Origin: Eledone cirrhosa
Lineage: Eukaryota
NCBI GenBank assembly: GCA_964016885.1
Contig: OZ024745.1
Coordinates: forward strand, 77,996,001-78,060,000
Length of the DNA: 64,000 nt
Direction: 5' to 3'
The translations under genes were made by a program, and so were the position numbers. The notes beneath the pieces were generated by a model, which ran no database searches, was not told the DNA's origin, and saw only the letters and a list, made by a program, of their open reading frames with translations. Shown here in pieces: positions 1 to 12,683 of this stretch; the first letter of the stretch is position 1; each line of letters starts with the position of its first letter.

Positions 1-933
1 TCTGCTGGGGATGGGGGGGGGGGGCATCGCGTATCATTCCATATTTAAGTATGGTCGACATTTTATTAGCTGCATACATAACTCTCTCTCTTTATCCGTC
101 AAGCAGTACAAGTGTAGTAAAGTTCAGACTGTGCCAATGCTGTGCTATTCAAATGACCAAATCAACTGTTCCACAAATAAGGTGTGAACAAACAAAACAC
201 ATCCGAATCAAAACAACATGTAAACAGAACTGAGAAACTGTCGTACATAGTTAACCCTCACTGAACTCAGCACACTGAACAAGTTTCCTGTCGTCACAGG
301 TTGTTTCGTTCATGTACCTTAAACTGGGTATTTATTCGTTCAATACGAGTAACCTTTGAATATAATACAGCCTCTGGTAGAGCATAGAGCCAGCCAATGA
401 ATCAATGAGCGAGCTAAGGAATCAATGAAATAAATGGTTCGTTTGGACGTTAGTCCTAATTAGACAGATACAATGAGCAGAGAGAGAGAGAGGGGGGGGG
501 GTAAGTGAAGGAGAGAACAAAGAACGCTGGTGGTAGTTAAAATAAAATGGCAGTAACAGTCCCAGAAAATATCATATATTGCTTGTAAAAGGTGAGAAAA
601 AGGATTTAACGATTTGGAGACTACCTCTTCATCGGAAAATAAATACGGGAAGAAATTCGAATGTCTTTGTGATAACAGAAAGGAAGACAAACAAGAACAT
701 AAAGGAAACCGGAGAAAATGGTGAGAGAGAAAAAAACATGTGCAGTTATTTGTTCTGCATATATATATATACAAACATACATACGCAAATTTACACACAT
801 ATATATATATATAAACATATACATATATATATATAATCAAACATGTGTGTATGTGTAACATTTACTTGTTCATAGTGTGTGTCTATAAATACATATATGC
901 ATATAAGTCTATAAACGTATACATACCTTTTTA

Positions 934-1050
<117 letters not shown>

Positions 1051-1599
1051 CTACATATGAATACATATCCACAGACACACTTATTTCTTTTTACAGGATG
1101 TACTTTGTAGAGGGTGTATGTTTTGACATTTATATTAATTATTTAAATCCGTGGTTGTCTTTAGTAAAAGAGCAGAAATATGAAACGTTGTAGAAAGTTA
1201 ATAATGAACGACACTTGCGCGACGTAAATCCAACAAAATATTTATGATTAACTGTAAATAGTATTTTATAATTTCATGACATCGTTTTCAACTTGTAGGA
1301 AGCCAAAATTACCCTCTTCTTTTAGGTAATGCAGACCTTTTTCTGAGTTATATTTAAAGTGGGGGACATCTTGGTTCTAGTTTGATATTTGCCGCTTCCG
1401 TAAATATGAGGAATGGAGACAGAAGTCTGACGTTTGGCTAATACTATTCTATGGTCAGAGACATTCAAGTATTCCTTGGTGATATCAGTAATTTGATAAA
1501 GTTGTTAGGAACGACCCATCAAATATTTTGGTATATATATTCTTTTTGTTGTCGTTCAAAAATATCATTATATAAATCTATATATACGACATTCTAAGT

Positions 1600-1810
1600 T
1601 TGAACATGTCTGACTACCCACATCCTTGATGGAATAATACATGGGTAAAGGGCCAGGGGACGGCAGAAAAGCAGATGGACATATGATATTAAAGAATAGA
1701 CAAGAAGGAATTTGGCGAAATGTACAGCAATGCCAAGAGACAGGAAAAGAAGGCGAGTGATGTCCATAAGTCCATGACCCCCGATCATCAGATATGAGGC
1801 TGGGATGAGA
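1600..1810 (+). mobile_element. Decayed RTE-clade LINE 3' end fragment
   Basis: Translates as DGIIHG*RARGRQKSRWTYDIKE*TRRNLAKCTAMPRDR, matching the RTE ORF2 C-terminal G-x-R-x-RGR-x(3)-RW...A-x-DR pattern. Confidence 0.55.
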
Positions 1811-1820
1811 TCAAGCGAGC

Positions 1821-1890
1821 GTTTCAACACACGATTTCATATCAAACACCTTGCAAAACAAATACATTGCTGCCACAATAATAAACATAA
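1821..1890 (+). mobile_element. Penelope-like element 3' tail fragment (start of [15 protein letters not shown])
   Basis: gtttcaacacacgatttcatatcaaacaccttgcaaaac resembles the reverse complement of 2250-2288 and 36712-36732; it runs into (TA)n. Confidence 0.6.
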
Positions 1891-1918
1891 TTATATATAT
1901 ACATATATACATATATAC

Positions 1919-2047
<129 letters not shown>

Positions 2048-2078
2048 GAAAGATGGATACAGTTTAGTTGAAAGGAAT

Positions 2079-2195
2079 TTATTGACACGTGTTTCTATAA
2101 CAGTTACATAACCTAAAACAGCTATCTACAGACTTTTAGTTATGCAGACATTCAATATTTCAATGTTATTATTTACTGTCATTTCATCAGAATAA
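2079..2195 (-). ncRNA. Type I hammerhead ribozyme with very long stem II, in a ~175-bp element flanked by (TA)n (2047-2222)
   Basis: Minus strand: ttatt CTGATGA a atgacagt [~70 nt] actgttat a GAAA cacgtg TC aataa. Intact core, stems I and II pair, palindromic stem III, GUC site. Confidence 0.8.
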
Positions 2196-2497
2196 TATTA
2201 CTGAGGACCTATTTAGTTTTTATGTATATATATATATATATATATATTAGTTTTGCGAGGTTTTTTATATGAAATCGTGTGTCGAAACAAATATTGTTAT
2301 ACTTGGGGAGGGTCATATTTGTGTAATATTGCCAGAATTAATAACAGAACACACTCACTGTTTGGTTGGTTTTCGCATTTCGCTTCTGTGTCTTTTATAT
2401 CGGTAATCTAATTTACTCGGTCCTCAATGTTGCCATTCACTGACCGACGGTCAAAAATAATACAGATACAATATAGACACAAACATATATATAGTTT

Positions 2498-2539
2498 ATC
2501 ATAAATCTTTCGTTGCACATCTGCAACATCGTCAGTGGT
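2498..2539 (-). ncRNA. Minimal hammerhead ribozyme in PLE-1 pLTR
   Basis: acca CTGACGA t gttgca gatg tgcaac GAAA gatt TA tgat; core and stem II intact, stems I and III imperfect. Confidence 0.65.
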
Positions 2540-2812
2540 GCTATTGTTTCCTCCCGTTGCATTGTATGTCTACGCCATTTTTATTTAGTCTGTCTATATA
2601 TTTATTTATTTATTTGCTTGTTTGTTTATTTTATTTTGTCTTCTTTGCGCATGCGTTTGCGTGTGTGTATAGTGTTTTGTTTGATGTGTGATGTGTGTTC
2701 GTGATTGGGTGACTAGTGTGTGTTTATGTGTTTGTTGTTATTGTGCTTGTGTATGTATTTATTTATTTATTTATCTATTTATTTATTTATTTATTTTATT
2801 TTATTTACTTAT

Positions 2813-5779
2813 TTATACTTCTCTTAGGTCAGTGTTGTTTGTTTGGGTGTTGTGGTTATTCCATTCATTCTTTCTGTTTAGTCTTGGTCTTCTAAGTTCT
2901 ATTTCACTGGCCTTTCTGATTTGCCTATCTGCTGGGTCATTTCTATTTTTAGATATTATTCTGATTTCTATGTTGTCTATGTTACCGTCATGTTGTTGTC
3001 TGGCATGTTCGTATAGTACAGACCAATTTTTTCGTCCTTTTAGTTCCCCCCTGTGTTGGTCTATCCTTTCACCTATGCTACGAGCTGTCTCACCTATGTA
3101 TGTTGTCATGTTTCTGTAAGTACCCTCTCTACATCTTATGCTATAGACTACGTTTCTAATATTACAGTTTATCCGGGGGTTTACCTTACATATGATACAT
3201 TTCCTGTTGGTACAGTGAGTTTTCTTAAAAGGGTAGGTTTTGCTGATCAGGGGTTTTATAGTGGTTCCTAGCTTTTCTACCACCTTAATTTTTAAGTGGG
3301 TCTTTCTCAGGGCCTTTCTACACTGGTTAGCTAATTTCCCTCCAGGGATAGCGTCCACAAACATGACACTCTGATATCTCTGGTTGTCGTACCATGAGGT
3401 GGCTTTCCTTATCTTATGTCTAGCCCTATCTAAGCTATTCCATGATTTGCCCCTGTATAATGGGCAAATTCCTTTCATGTCCAGTTCAATGAGGGTCTTA
3501 TACTTCTCCATGACTCCTTCGTATACTCTGACTCTGTCTCTTTGGTTGTAGCCAGAGAACTGCATGCGGTTGATGAAGTGTTGGATGTGTCTTTCCATTT
3601 CTGTTGGGTCGCACATGCGGGACACATTCTTCATCACTCGTACCAAATCTGCGATCAGAATATTAAACTTAGCACTACTGGACATTGCTGAGTTTTTGAG
3701 TATCAGGTATTTGGAGGCCATGGGTTTAGCATAGTGTGAGTGGAGAATGTGGGCTCTCTCGTCTATAGTGTTAATCCAGAGTTCCGTGTCTAATACAGGT
3801 AGTCTATGGTTAGGGTGTTTGGAAGGGAAGTCGATAGTTACAGTTATACTCTGGTGTATGGAATTAGCTATCTGCTGGATGCTTTCCATTGTGCTACGTT
3901 CTAAATCAAACTTGTTAGTGCTCCCTAGTGGGGATGTTCTTATAACTATATTGATATCGTCTACATAACGAGAGTACATGATGAGGTCTATGGAGCTCTC
4001 ATTAAGGAGATCTTTAAGTCTCTTTTCCCACCATACCATGAAAAGGTTGGCAACATCACCAGCTATGCTGACGCCAATGGCTGCTCCCTCATTTTGGGTG
4101 TAGAACTTCTCGTTGAACTTAAATATGTGGCCCTTTAGGGTAGTTTTGATACTAGCCCCTATTGCATGTGCGACCATTTTTCTTACCTGATCATTGTTTT
4201 GGGGGGTCCGTATGGCTTTGGTCCACCCAATCCACCTTCCCATGGGAGTCTTTTTTGCCATTGAGGTTATAGTAGGGGGTCTACCTCTTATGGGTCTACT
4301 AGGGCAGAAACGTCTAAGGTCATGTCTGTCTAGGTAGTCAGTGTCGTAGGTAGGTCTAAGTAGGAGGCCCAGTTCGTCTGTGTCGACGTCGCAGAACTCC
4401 ACCTCACTCTCAATGATCATCTCCACACATTTTTTCACAGCAAAATCAATGTTAATGGATGGGTACAGTGACACCACATCCATGCTGCCTATTATGCAGT
4501 TGGATAGGTTCCTGTTTTTGTTGCACTCACTGATTCTGCTGAGGAGGTCCTCTGTACTGTCACATACATCTGGGCACATCTTGATTATGGGGCGTATAAC
4601 CATTGAGAGGAAGTAGATCTTGTAGTTGCTAGCTATATTAGCTCCGCATACGGGTCTTGTTGGTGGTCCTGTTGTCGGGTCGTCGACTGTCTTGTGGTCT
4701 TTGCGGAGCCCATACAAGGGTGGTATGCCATTGTTAGACGCCTGGAAGTTGTTGGCAGTGCGTCTGCTTGGCTTTAGGATGTCAGTCCACATCATCATGT
4801 GAGCGTTGGGGATTTTCTCTCTCCCATCGTGTGTTTGTTGTGCAATTTCGCTCGTGTTGGTGATGTGGGGTTGCATAGCCTTGATGTAGTTCGGCATGCT
4901 ATCTATTGACATCCTACCAGACTTATCCGTGGGTAGACATACTACCTCACCGTCCCTTGTGCGCTGCTTGAGGCTAACCAAGCCTTCTACAGGTTTCCTC
5001 CCAAGTTGTTGGGCCTCTGGTCTGCTCTGTCTCTTAGTATACCTGTCTACTAATTGTCTAATCTTATTTCTAGCTATGGTGAACTGTGCCTCTGTCTCGT
5101 CATCTATTTGTTGTGGTATGCAAACTCTTTTATTAAAGGGTAACCTCGTAGGATAGATATTACCCATCTTATATGTTTTGTCAGCTGGGTTGAAAAATAG
5201 TTTCTCTAAGGGGTTGTCATTATATCTATCGTCATAGTTGTGTGTGTTGCTATTATTGTTATCATGGTGGTTGTTGTTGTTCCTATCATTAGCATTATTA
5301 TTATTGTTATGATTGCTAGATGTATTGTTGTTTACTTCACCGTTATTGTTGTTGTTACTGTTATTTCTACCATTGTGGTTGTTACTTTTATTATGTTTCT
5401 TGTTTTTGTTGTGTCTATCATTAATGTTGCTACATGTATTATTTCCATTATTTCCATTATTACCACTGTGGTTATTGTTGTTGTTGTTCGTATTGTTACC
5501 GTTATTACTACTGTGGTCGCTGCTGCTGTGTCTGTGGTTAATGTTTCTATTATTATTATTATTGTGGTTGTTGTTGTTCTGTATATCGTTAGTATTATTA
5601 CCATTATTACTATTTCTCACTTTCCTGCTATTGTTATTGTTATGGCTGTTATTTCTATACTCATCAGAGTTATTGTTTATATTACTACTACCGTTATTAT
5701 TGTTGTTGTTGTTGTTGTTTACCTTTGCATTCCAACGTATTTTTGTGAAACACTTTTCCAGCTCCGTTTTGCACTCCAT
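2813..5779 (-). CDS. PLE reverse transcriptase / GIY-YIG endonuclease (988 aa open segment; true N-terminus frameshifted and truncated)
   Basis: LYGLRKDHK..PPTRPVCG, GSMDVVSLYPSI, QNEGAAIG, YSRYVDD, LPVLD; linker CxxxxCxxC; VYSIRC...YIGETARSIGERIDQH; Asn-rich insert near the N-terminus. Confidence 0.9.
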   Translation of the reverse strand: MECKTELEKCFTKIRWNAKVNNNNNNNNNGSSNINNNSDEYRNNSHNNNNSRKVRNSNNGNNTNDIQNNNNHNNNNNRNINHRHSSSDHSSNNGNNTNNNNNNHSGNNGNNGNNTCSNINDRHNKNKKHNKSNNHNGRNNSNNNNNGEVNNNTSSNHNNNNNANDRNNNNHHDNNNSNTHNYDDRYNDNPLEKLFFNPADKTYKMGNIYPTRLPFNKRVCIPQQIDDETEAQFTIARNKIRQLVDRYTKRQSRPEAQQLGRKPVEGLVSLKQRTRDGEVVCLPTDKSGRMSIDSMPNYIKAMQPHITNTSEIAQQTHDGREKIPNAHMMMWTDILKPSRRTANNFQASNNGIPPLYGLRKDHKTVDDPTTGPPTRPVCGANIASNYKIYFLSMVIRPIIKMCPDVCDSTEDLLSRISECNKNRNLSNCIIGSMDVVSLYPSINIDFAVKKCVEMIIESEVEFCDVDTDELGLLLRPTYDTDYLDRHDLRRFCPSRPIRGRPPTITSMAKKTPMGRWIGWTKAIRTPQNNDQVRKMVAHAIGASIKTTLKGHIFKFNEKFYTQNEGAAIGVSIAGDVANLFMVWWEKRLKDLLNESSIDLIMYSRYVDDINIVIRTSPLGSTNKFDLERSTMESIQQIANSIHQSITVTIDFPSKHPNHRLPVLDTELWINTIDERAHILHSHYAKPMASKYLILKNSAMSSSAKFNILIADLVRVMKNVSRMCDPTEMERHIQHFINRMQFSGYNQRDRVRVYEGVMEKYKTLIELDMKGICPLYRGKSWNSLDRARHKIRKATSWYDNQRYQSVMFVDAIPGGKLANQCRKALRKTHLKIKVVEKLGTTIKPLISKTYPFKKTHCTNRKCIICKVNPRINCNIRNVVYSIRCREGTYRNMTTYIGETARSIGERIDQHRGELKGRKNWSVLYEHARQQHDGNIDNIEIRIISKNRNDPADRQIRKASEIELRRPRLNRKNEWNNHNTQTNNTDLREV

Positions 5780-6120
5780 AGGGTTAATCTTTTTGTAGAT
5801 GGCAAATTTTGGTGGTAGCTGCAGGATTTGTTGATCTTGTTCACTGATTAAAGTGTTCCATAAATATTTACTGTGTGGTCATTGATAAATTCTTCCGGTA
5901 GTTTTACATCAGTCATACGGATATTGTTGATGTTATCTGGGTATTTTTGAGAATATTCTATTTTCCTTTCTTGTAGTTTTTTCTTATTCATCCATTCTAA
6001 TTTCTTATTGAAATGCCTATTGCATTCGTTTCGGGCGTATTTCGTTTCACGTCGGATGACGCTCATGAAGTTATCCCTCTCGTTTGGCGTGGTGAGAATT
6101 CGGACTTCCTTACCGTTAAT

Positions 6121-8080
6121 GCACTGCCAACAACTTCCAGGCGTCTAACAATGGCATACCACCCTTGTATGGGCTCCGCAAAGACCACAAGACAGTCGAC
6201 GACCCGACAACAGGACCACCAACAAGACCCGTATGCGGAGCTAATATAGCTAGCAACTACAGGATCTCCTACTTCCTCTCAATGGTTATACGCCCCATAA
6301 TCAAGATGTCCCCAGATGTATGTGACAGTACAGAGGACCTCCTCAGCAGAATCAGTGAGTGCAACAAAAACAGGAACCTATCCAACTGCATAATAGGCAG
6401 CATGGATGTGGCGTCACTGTACCCATCCATTAACATTGATTTTGCTGTAAAAAAATGTGTGGAGATGATTATTGAGAGTGAGGTGGAGTTCTGCGACGTC
6501 GACACAGACGAACTGGGCCTCCTACTTAGACCTACCTACGACACTGACTACCTAGAGAGACATGACATTAGACGTTTCTGCCCTAGTAGACCCATAAGAG
6601 GTAGACCCCCACCATAACTTCAATGGCAAAGAAGACTCCCATGAGAAGGTGGATTGAGTGAACCAAAGCTATACGGACCCCCAAAACAATGATTAGGTAA
6701 GAAAAATGGTCGCACATGCAATAGGGGCTAGTATCAAAACTACCCTAAAGGGCCACATATTTAAGTTCAACGAGAAGATCTACACCCAAAATGAGGGAGC
6801 AGCCATTGGCGTCAGTATAGCTGGTGATGTTGCCAACCTTTTCATGGTATGGTGGGAAAGGAGACTTAAAGATCTCCTTAATGAGAGCTCCATAGACCTC
6901 ATCATGTACTCTCGTTATGTAGACGATATCAATATAGTTATAAGAACATCCCCACTAGAGAGCACTAACAAGTTTGATTTAGAACGTAGCACAATGGAAA
7001 GCATCCAGAAGATAGCTAATTCCATACACCAGAGTATAACTGTAACTATCGACTTCCCTTCCAAACACCCTAACAATAGACTACCTGTATTAGACATGGA
7101 ACTCTGGATTAACACTATAGACGAGAGAGCCCAAATTCTCCACTCACACTATGCTAAACCCATGGCCTCCAAATACCTGATACTCAGGTAAACCCCCGGA
7201 TAAACTGTAAAATTAGAAACGTAGTCTATAGCATAAGATGTAGAGAGGGTACTTGCAGAAACATGACAACATACATAGGTGAGACAGCTCGTAGCATAGG
7301 TGAAAGGATAGACCAACACTGGGGGGAACTAAAAGGACGAAAAAACGGGTCAGTACTATACGAACATGCCAGACAACAACATGACGGTAACATAGACAAC
7401 ATAGAAATCAGAATAATATCTAAACATAGAAATGACCCAGCAGATAGGCAAATCAGAGAGGCCAGTGAAATAGAACTTAGAAGACCAAGACTAAACAGAA
7501 AGAATGAATGGAATAACCACAACACCCAAACTAACAACACTGACCTAAGAGAAGTATAAATAAGTAAATAAAATAAAATAAATAAATAAATAGATAAATA
7601 AATAAATAAATACATACACAAGCACAATAACAACAAACACATAAACACACACTAGTCACCCAATCACGAACACACATCACACATCAAACAAAACACTATA
7701 CACACACGCAAACGCATGCGCAAAGAAGACAAAATAAAATAAACAAACAAGCAAATAAATAAATAAATATATATAGACAGACTAAATAAAAATGGCGTAG
7801 ACATACAATGCAACGGGAGGAAACAATAGCACCACTGACGATGTTGCAGATGTGCAACGAAAGATTTATGATAAACCCTATATATGTGTTTGTGTTTGTG
7901 TCTATATTGTATCTGTATTATTTTTGACCGTCGGTCAGTGAATGGCAACATTGAGGACCGAGTAAATTAGATTACCGATATAAAAGACACAGAAGCGAAA
8001 AGCTAAAACCAACCAAACAGTGAGTGTGTTCTGTTATTAATTCTGGCAATATTACACAAATATGACCCTCCCCAAGTATA
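6121..8080 (+). mobile_element. Inverted partial copy of PLE-1 (RT part, ~510-bp internal deletion, GIY-YIG, pLTR), pseudogenized
   Basis: 6121-7187 is the reverse complement of ~3697-4758, and 7188-8080 of ~2298-3186. ORF fragments at 6165-6617, 6706-7191 and 7263-7559; ends in (TA)n. Confidence 0.92.
7831..7872 (+). ncRNA. Minimal hammerhead ribozyme in inverted PLE-1 pLTR
   Basis: accaCTGACGAtgttgcagatgtgcaacGAAAgattTAtgat, mirror of 2498-2539. Confidence 0.65.
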
Positions 8081-8081
8081 A

Positions 8082-8179
<98 letters not shown>

Positions 8180-8229
8180 TATATATATATATATATAAGT
8201 AAGTAGAGGTAATGAGAAATATAGAGAAA

Positions 8230-8600
8230 TGTTTTACTCCATTTAAGGTCTGTAACATCTCGGTCCGTATTACATCTTCCTCAGAGACCATGCCATATTA
8301 GAGCAATTCAATTACTCTGGGGATGCATATCTCTTCATAGAGGACCCCAAACGAGTTCCTGATAACAGGTGTGGAAGAGGAATTATTACGAAGTCGGCTA
8401 ATAGTCTTCCAGAATACTATATTTTCTCATCTAAAGTTGGATTCCAGCTTAACCTTAAAGTCGTTGTATGTCTGAAACCGGGACACCTTCACATTCTCTG
8501 TTGTGAGCTTTCGCGCAGGCTTTTATCGCTAGTGTGAGGAGCAAGTCTTATTTCCAAGCCAGGCTCTGTAAGTTTCATTCTTTGCTCGGTTTTCATCTTT
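8230..8600 (-). mobile_element. Highly decayed RTE-like LINE ORF2 fragment
   Basis: Minus-strand pieces KNETYRAWL, FWKTISRLR and EDVIRTEMLQTL recall the RTE pre-RT region (FWQTIRRLR, GVDEIRPEMLKAL). Confidence 0.4.
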
Positions 8601-11600
8601 AACCTGATATACAAAACATACTTGCATGCAAAAGAAGAAAACATAAATCATGAAGATACGAAACATTAGTAAAATTTCATCATAGTATTAAATAAACAGA
8701 ACTTTATCTCCTCTCTTTTCCATCTACCTACCCCCATTCTCTCTCTTTCTTATTCCACCTTTCTACCTCACTAAGTTCATCCGTTTATGAGTGCACGTCC
8801 GTATAAATATTTATATGTTTGCCTGTACACGGACACACGCATAAATATATGTATATATATATATTATATCTATAAAACAACATATAACTCTATATCATTA
8901 CTTGTATCTCTGTAGCCATTTAAATAGTCAATTTATCTGTTTTTATCTACATAGACACCAGATTTATGTTTATTAATAGGTTACACTGACACGCTATATA
9001 TATCATCACTCGACAATAATAATATTAAGAAGCTATATAGCAACCGACTGACTGCAGTGGCTGAAACAGAATCATTTTCAGTGCTATTGCTGTTTTCTTG
9101 GTATTTAGGGAGTTTTGATAGTGAGTCTGCAGACTTTATTTCAATTATACGGTCGTGACGTAGGCACTGCAAACAAGGTTTTCTTTTCGCTATAGATGTG
9201 TTGCTCTTTTGGAGTATGCACTAGCGAAAATGTTTATTTACTGTATCACTATAAGTTTAGAATATAAAAGTTTCCACACAGGTATGGACCTAATAAAATT
9301 TGATTATATTATCTTTACGAAAGCAAGATTCCTCTGTTTATATAAAAAAAAAAGGAAATGTGCTATAACATTTAACGGTTACAGCCATCAGCTCTGCTCT
9401 AAGCTAACAGCAAACCGAGCCTGCAACTATATTTCTATTCCTGGTAGTAACTATTTTAGTTAATTGGTATGCATCAACAGCACAACAGAAACTTGTTATC
9501 TTTACCCTTGAAAATCTGAGGTATCTGCATCAAAACCCTACACCTTACTACCATCTATACTGCAAACAAAAGTAGATCCAAAAGTATATGGGAATATGAT
9601 GTGCTATGAGATTCACAAAAGACTGCTGCATTATATTTCAGGCTATTTGAAAGGTAACTGAGACACTATTGTGATGAACATGAGCAGAAACCCGACAAAA
9701 AAACACAAAAAAATTGAAAAGACTAACGAAAACATTCATCATTTACTGAAGCCCAGTTGAAGTTGAGGATTTCTTCTCTAAAGTACAGGCAGAGTATTGA
9801 AATCCTTATTGGACCACCAGATTGATCCTATGTTTTCACCCATTAAACCTCAATAATGTTGATAATTTCATTTTTCATTAATCCCAAGAAAATGTATTAA
9901 ACAAAGTTAAATTCACTAAAGTTATAACCTTAAACAAAGTTATATCCATTAAGGAATGCTAAACCTTACTGAATTACAGTTTATGAATAGACCCAACTAA
10001 AGGGATTCTTCCTGGTCGTTTGATTTGTTAACTATGATAGCTAATATATCTCATATCCCACACCATAGGAAAGAGGAACACATTGAATAGTGAGGTTATA
10101 GTGAACTCTGTTTTGTATATCAGCCATTTATTCTGTTATTGCCTTGCATGCTGCAAATACTTCAGATTTCTAATGTTCTGCACAGTTATTATTTAGATTT
10201 GATGAAGCTTTCACTAATAGCTAAATGTAATAGCAAATAATGAAACCGTGTTTTCAATGTGTCTTTCGGGGAAATTGATGCTCAAGCAATTGACCATATG
10301 CATCAATACAAAATTTTTTTCACAGTTGGATAATAATTGTCTCCCACTTTAAGCTGATTCGACTTCAATTTCTGCTCAAGCTATATCATGGGATTTGTTA
10401 CCACGACTAACATGCACAATGGAGACGCATCAGTTCCCAGTAAATTGGAAAAGTATATTCACTGTCGAAAAGTGGTCGATTTGTAGAGTCATTAGACTGT
10501 TGGATATTTGTTCCGGGTCTCTGAGTTGAAATCACACAGAGGTTCAATTTGTCTTCCATCCTTTAGGGGTCGATAAAGAGAGTGCCAACACAGTGCTGGT
10601 GCAGCCTTCATTCTTCCAGTTGTCACACACTGGATGTTCCACTGCATCAACAAAGTGAGGGTCAAGATGATTCTTCTGTCTGCTCACAACTACATGAGCA
10701 CACAAACCCTTAGCGAAAGCAGAGTACATAATATCATATCATAGTCGATTGTGAATGACTGTTGTTTCACATGGGAATTGAATTATATTAAAGTGTTATA
10801 TATAATAGAGAAAACAAAATCCATATGCCAAATAGCTGTACACTATTCGGATACAGATTTCAAAGCCTCAATTTTCAATATTTCAGTAAGTCGATTGGGC
10901 AGGCAATGTTACGGTCTAAATGTCATCTTATTTGTATTCGCATATCACTTGGGTTTAATGTCCCAGCAACTTGTGAATAAAATGTCAAGCTATAACAGTC
11001 CATAAGCTAGTAAAGGAGATATATTTTGTGAGTCATGTCACTTTAAACTGAACACTGTAATAAGCGATTCATATCTAGATCATAATTGACACACGTCTCT
11101 GTCAAATAGGATATATCTACAGGAGTATGTGAAGTTCCACTAAGTTTTCCCTGCAGATAAATAGGGATTATTACTCATCACAACCTGACATTCATCAAAA
11201 AGCATTATAGTTTTCTAATAGCCACTGACAGACAGTCTTGTCTTTTGTCGACACCATGGCAGATGTTTCATTTTCTTATTTACTTTGTAAGCTACTATTT
11301 ACTTCCGCGCTACTTGCCTTTAGTGGTCATATTTGTCGAGGGATGTTTACTGTATTTTCGTATATTATCACAGCATGATTTAGTTGCTTATTAGATTTAT
11401 GTATGATATCCTGCAATGGCTTTTATATACTCAACGTCATGTGTCAAATCAACCAGTTCCTATACTTCCAGCTGGTCTTTTTTGGACAAGCGTTTCGTTT
11501 TTTTCGTTTCTAACACGGTCATTTGAAAAAAAAAAAAAAAATTCAAAATATACCTGCTTGCAGATTCCAAGATAAAATAGTGGTACTATCTTAAACATTT

Positions 11601-11833
11601 CCCTAAATTCTTCATTTGTGTGACATCTTGTTACATCTTCCGCAGAAAAAAAACTTTTCCGACGGCGACAAAAGATCCCCACAATGATGACCATTCCTTT
11701 TTAAATCTCAGATCAGTTGCTCATAACCGCATTTATGTGCATCACCACAGCCACATCATGTAGTGAAAACTAATACGAACAGATTTAAGGTAATATACAT
11801 CCACGCATACCCTATTCCCCATATATATATATA

Positions 11834-12683
11834 TGGGCGATTACGCTGTCGAAATATTCGATAAATATTCCGTCGCAGCCGACGCGAAGGGCTAGTTTCG
11901 GTTATTTGTTGGAGATTTCTTCATAGAAGCCTTATTCTTATAGCCTGGTCTATTCGATTTTTTATATAGTTGATTATGCTAATTGGGAGAGGAAATGGTA
12001 TATATTTTATCTGGTGATTCTATAGACATGTTTTGTGATATATAGCTCTGATTATTTAATTTATTAACTTCTCATTGAGCCACAAAGTGACCCGTTGCAA
12101 AACACGTATATGTATGTATATATATATATATATGTAAACCTTTATATGTAATAATCTCCCATTAGGTTGAGATACAAATTTGGCTGTATTGTGCTGTGCT
12201 TTCTAGCAAAAAACCACCAGCCGTAAGCAACTACCACACTCCTTCCAACTTGACCGCTGCGACGTCACGATTCTTAGCCATTTTTTTATGTATTCTTGGC
12301 GCGATCACTTTGGAAAATATATTGTCTAGATTAGAGCAAACTCCTGAAGAGTCCGATGCTCGAGTTTCCAAAGTTATTGGAAATCTCAAAATGCGGACGA
12401 AACCATGGTAGAGGTAAATAAACGTATTCTCTTTTCTCCTAGTTTATTTTACACCTAATTCTGTTTAATTAACTGTATATCTGGGCGATTACGCTTTCGA
12501 AATATTCGATAAATATTCCGTCGCAGCCGACGCGAAGGGCTAGTTTCGGTTATTTGTTGGAGATTTCTTCATAGAAGCCTTATTCTTATAGCCTGGTCTA
12601 TTCGATTTTTTATATAGTTGATTATGCTAATTGGGAGAGGAAATGGTATATATTTTATCTGGTGTTTCTATAGACATGTTTTA

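Larger units (their letters stand above)
2247..6120 (-). mobile_element. Penelope-like retroelement PLE-1 (Naiad/Neptune-like), 5'-truncated, with 3' pseudo-LTR (~2297-2812) and tail
   Basis: RT + GIY-YIG ORF, upstream frameshifted N-terminal piece (5848-6066), HHR in the 3' region, 3' end abutting (TA)n. Confidence 0.92.

Noticed and set aside
5240-5818. Hydrophobic Val/Ile/Leu-rich ORFs (also 35512-36184 and 19955-20351) resembling membrane proteins
   Set aside because: They are antisense readings of the Asn/Thr-rich AAC/AAT/ACA coding tracts of the retroelements.
2813-7559. Selenoprotein-type (UGA-recoding) Naiad PLE
   Set aside because: Linker and EN cysteines are ordinary TGT/TGC codons; the TGA at ~6659 replaces a Trp codon in the decayed arm; no SECIS was recognised.
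2247-8080. Inverted duplication as an assembly artefact
   Set aside because: The arms differ by substitutions, indels, a 510-bp deletion and different 3' end points.
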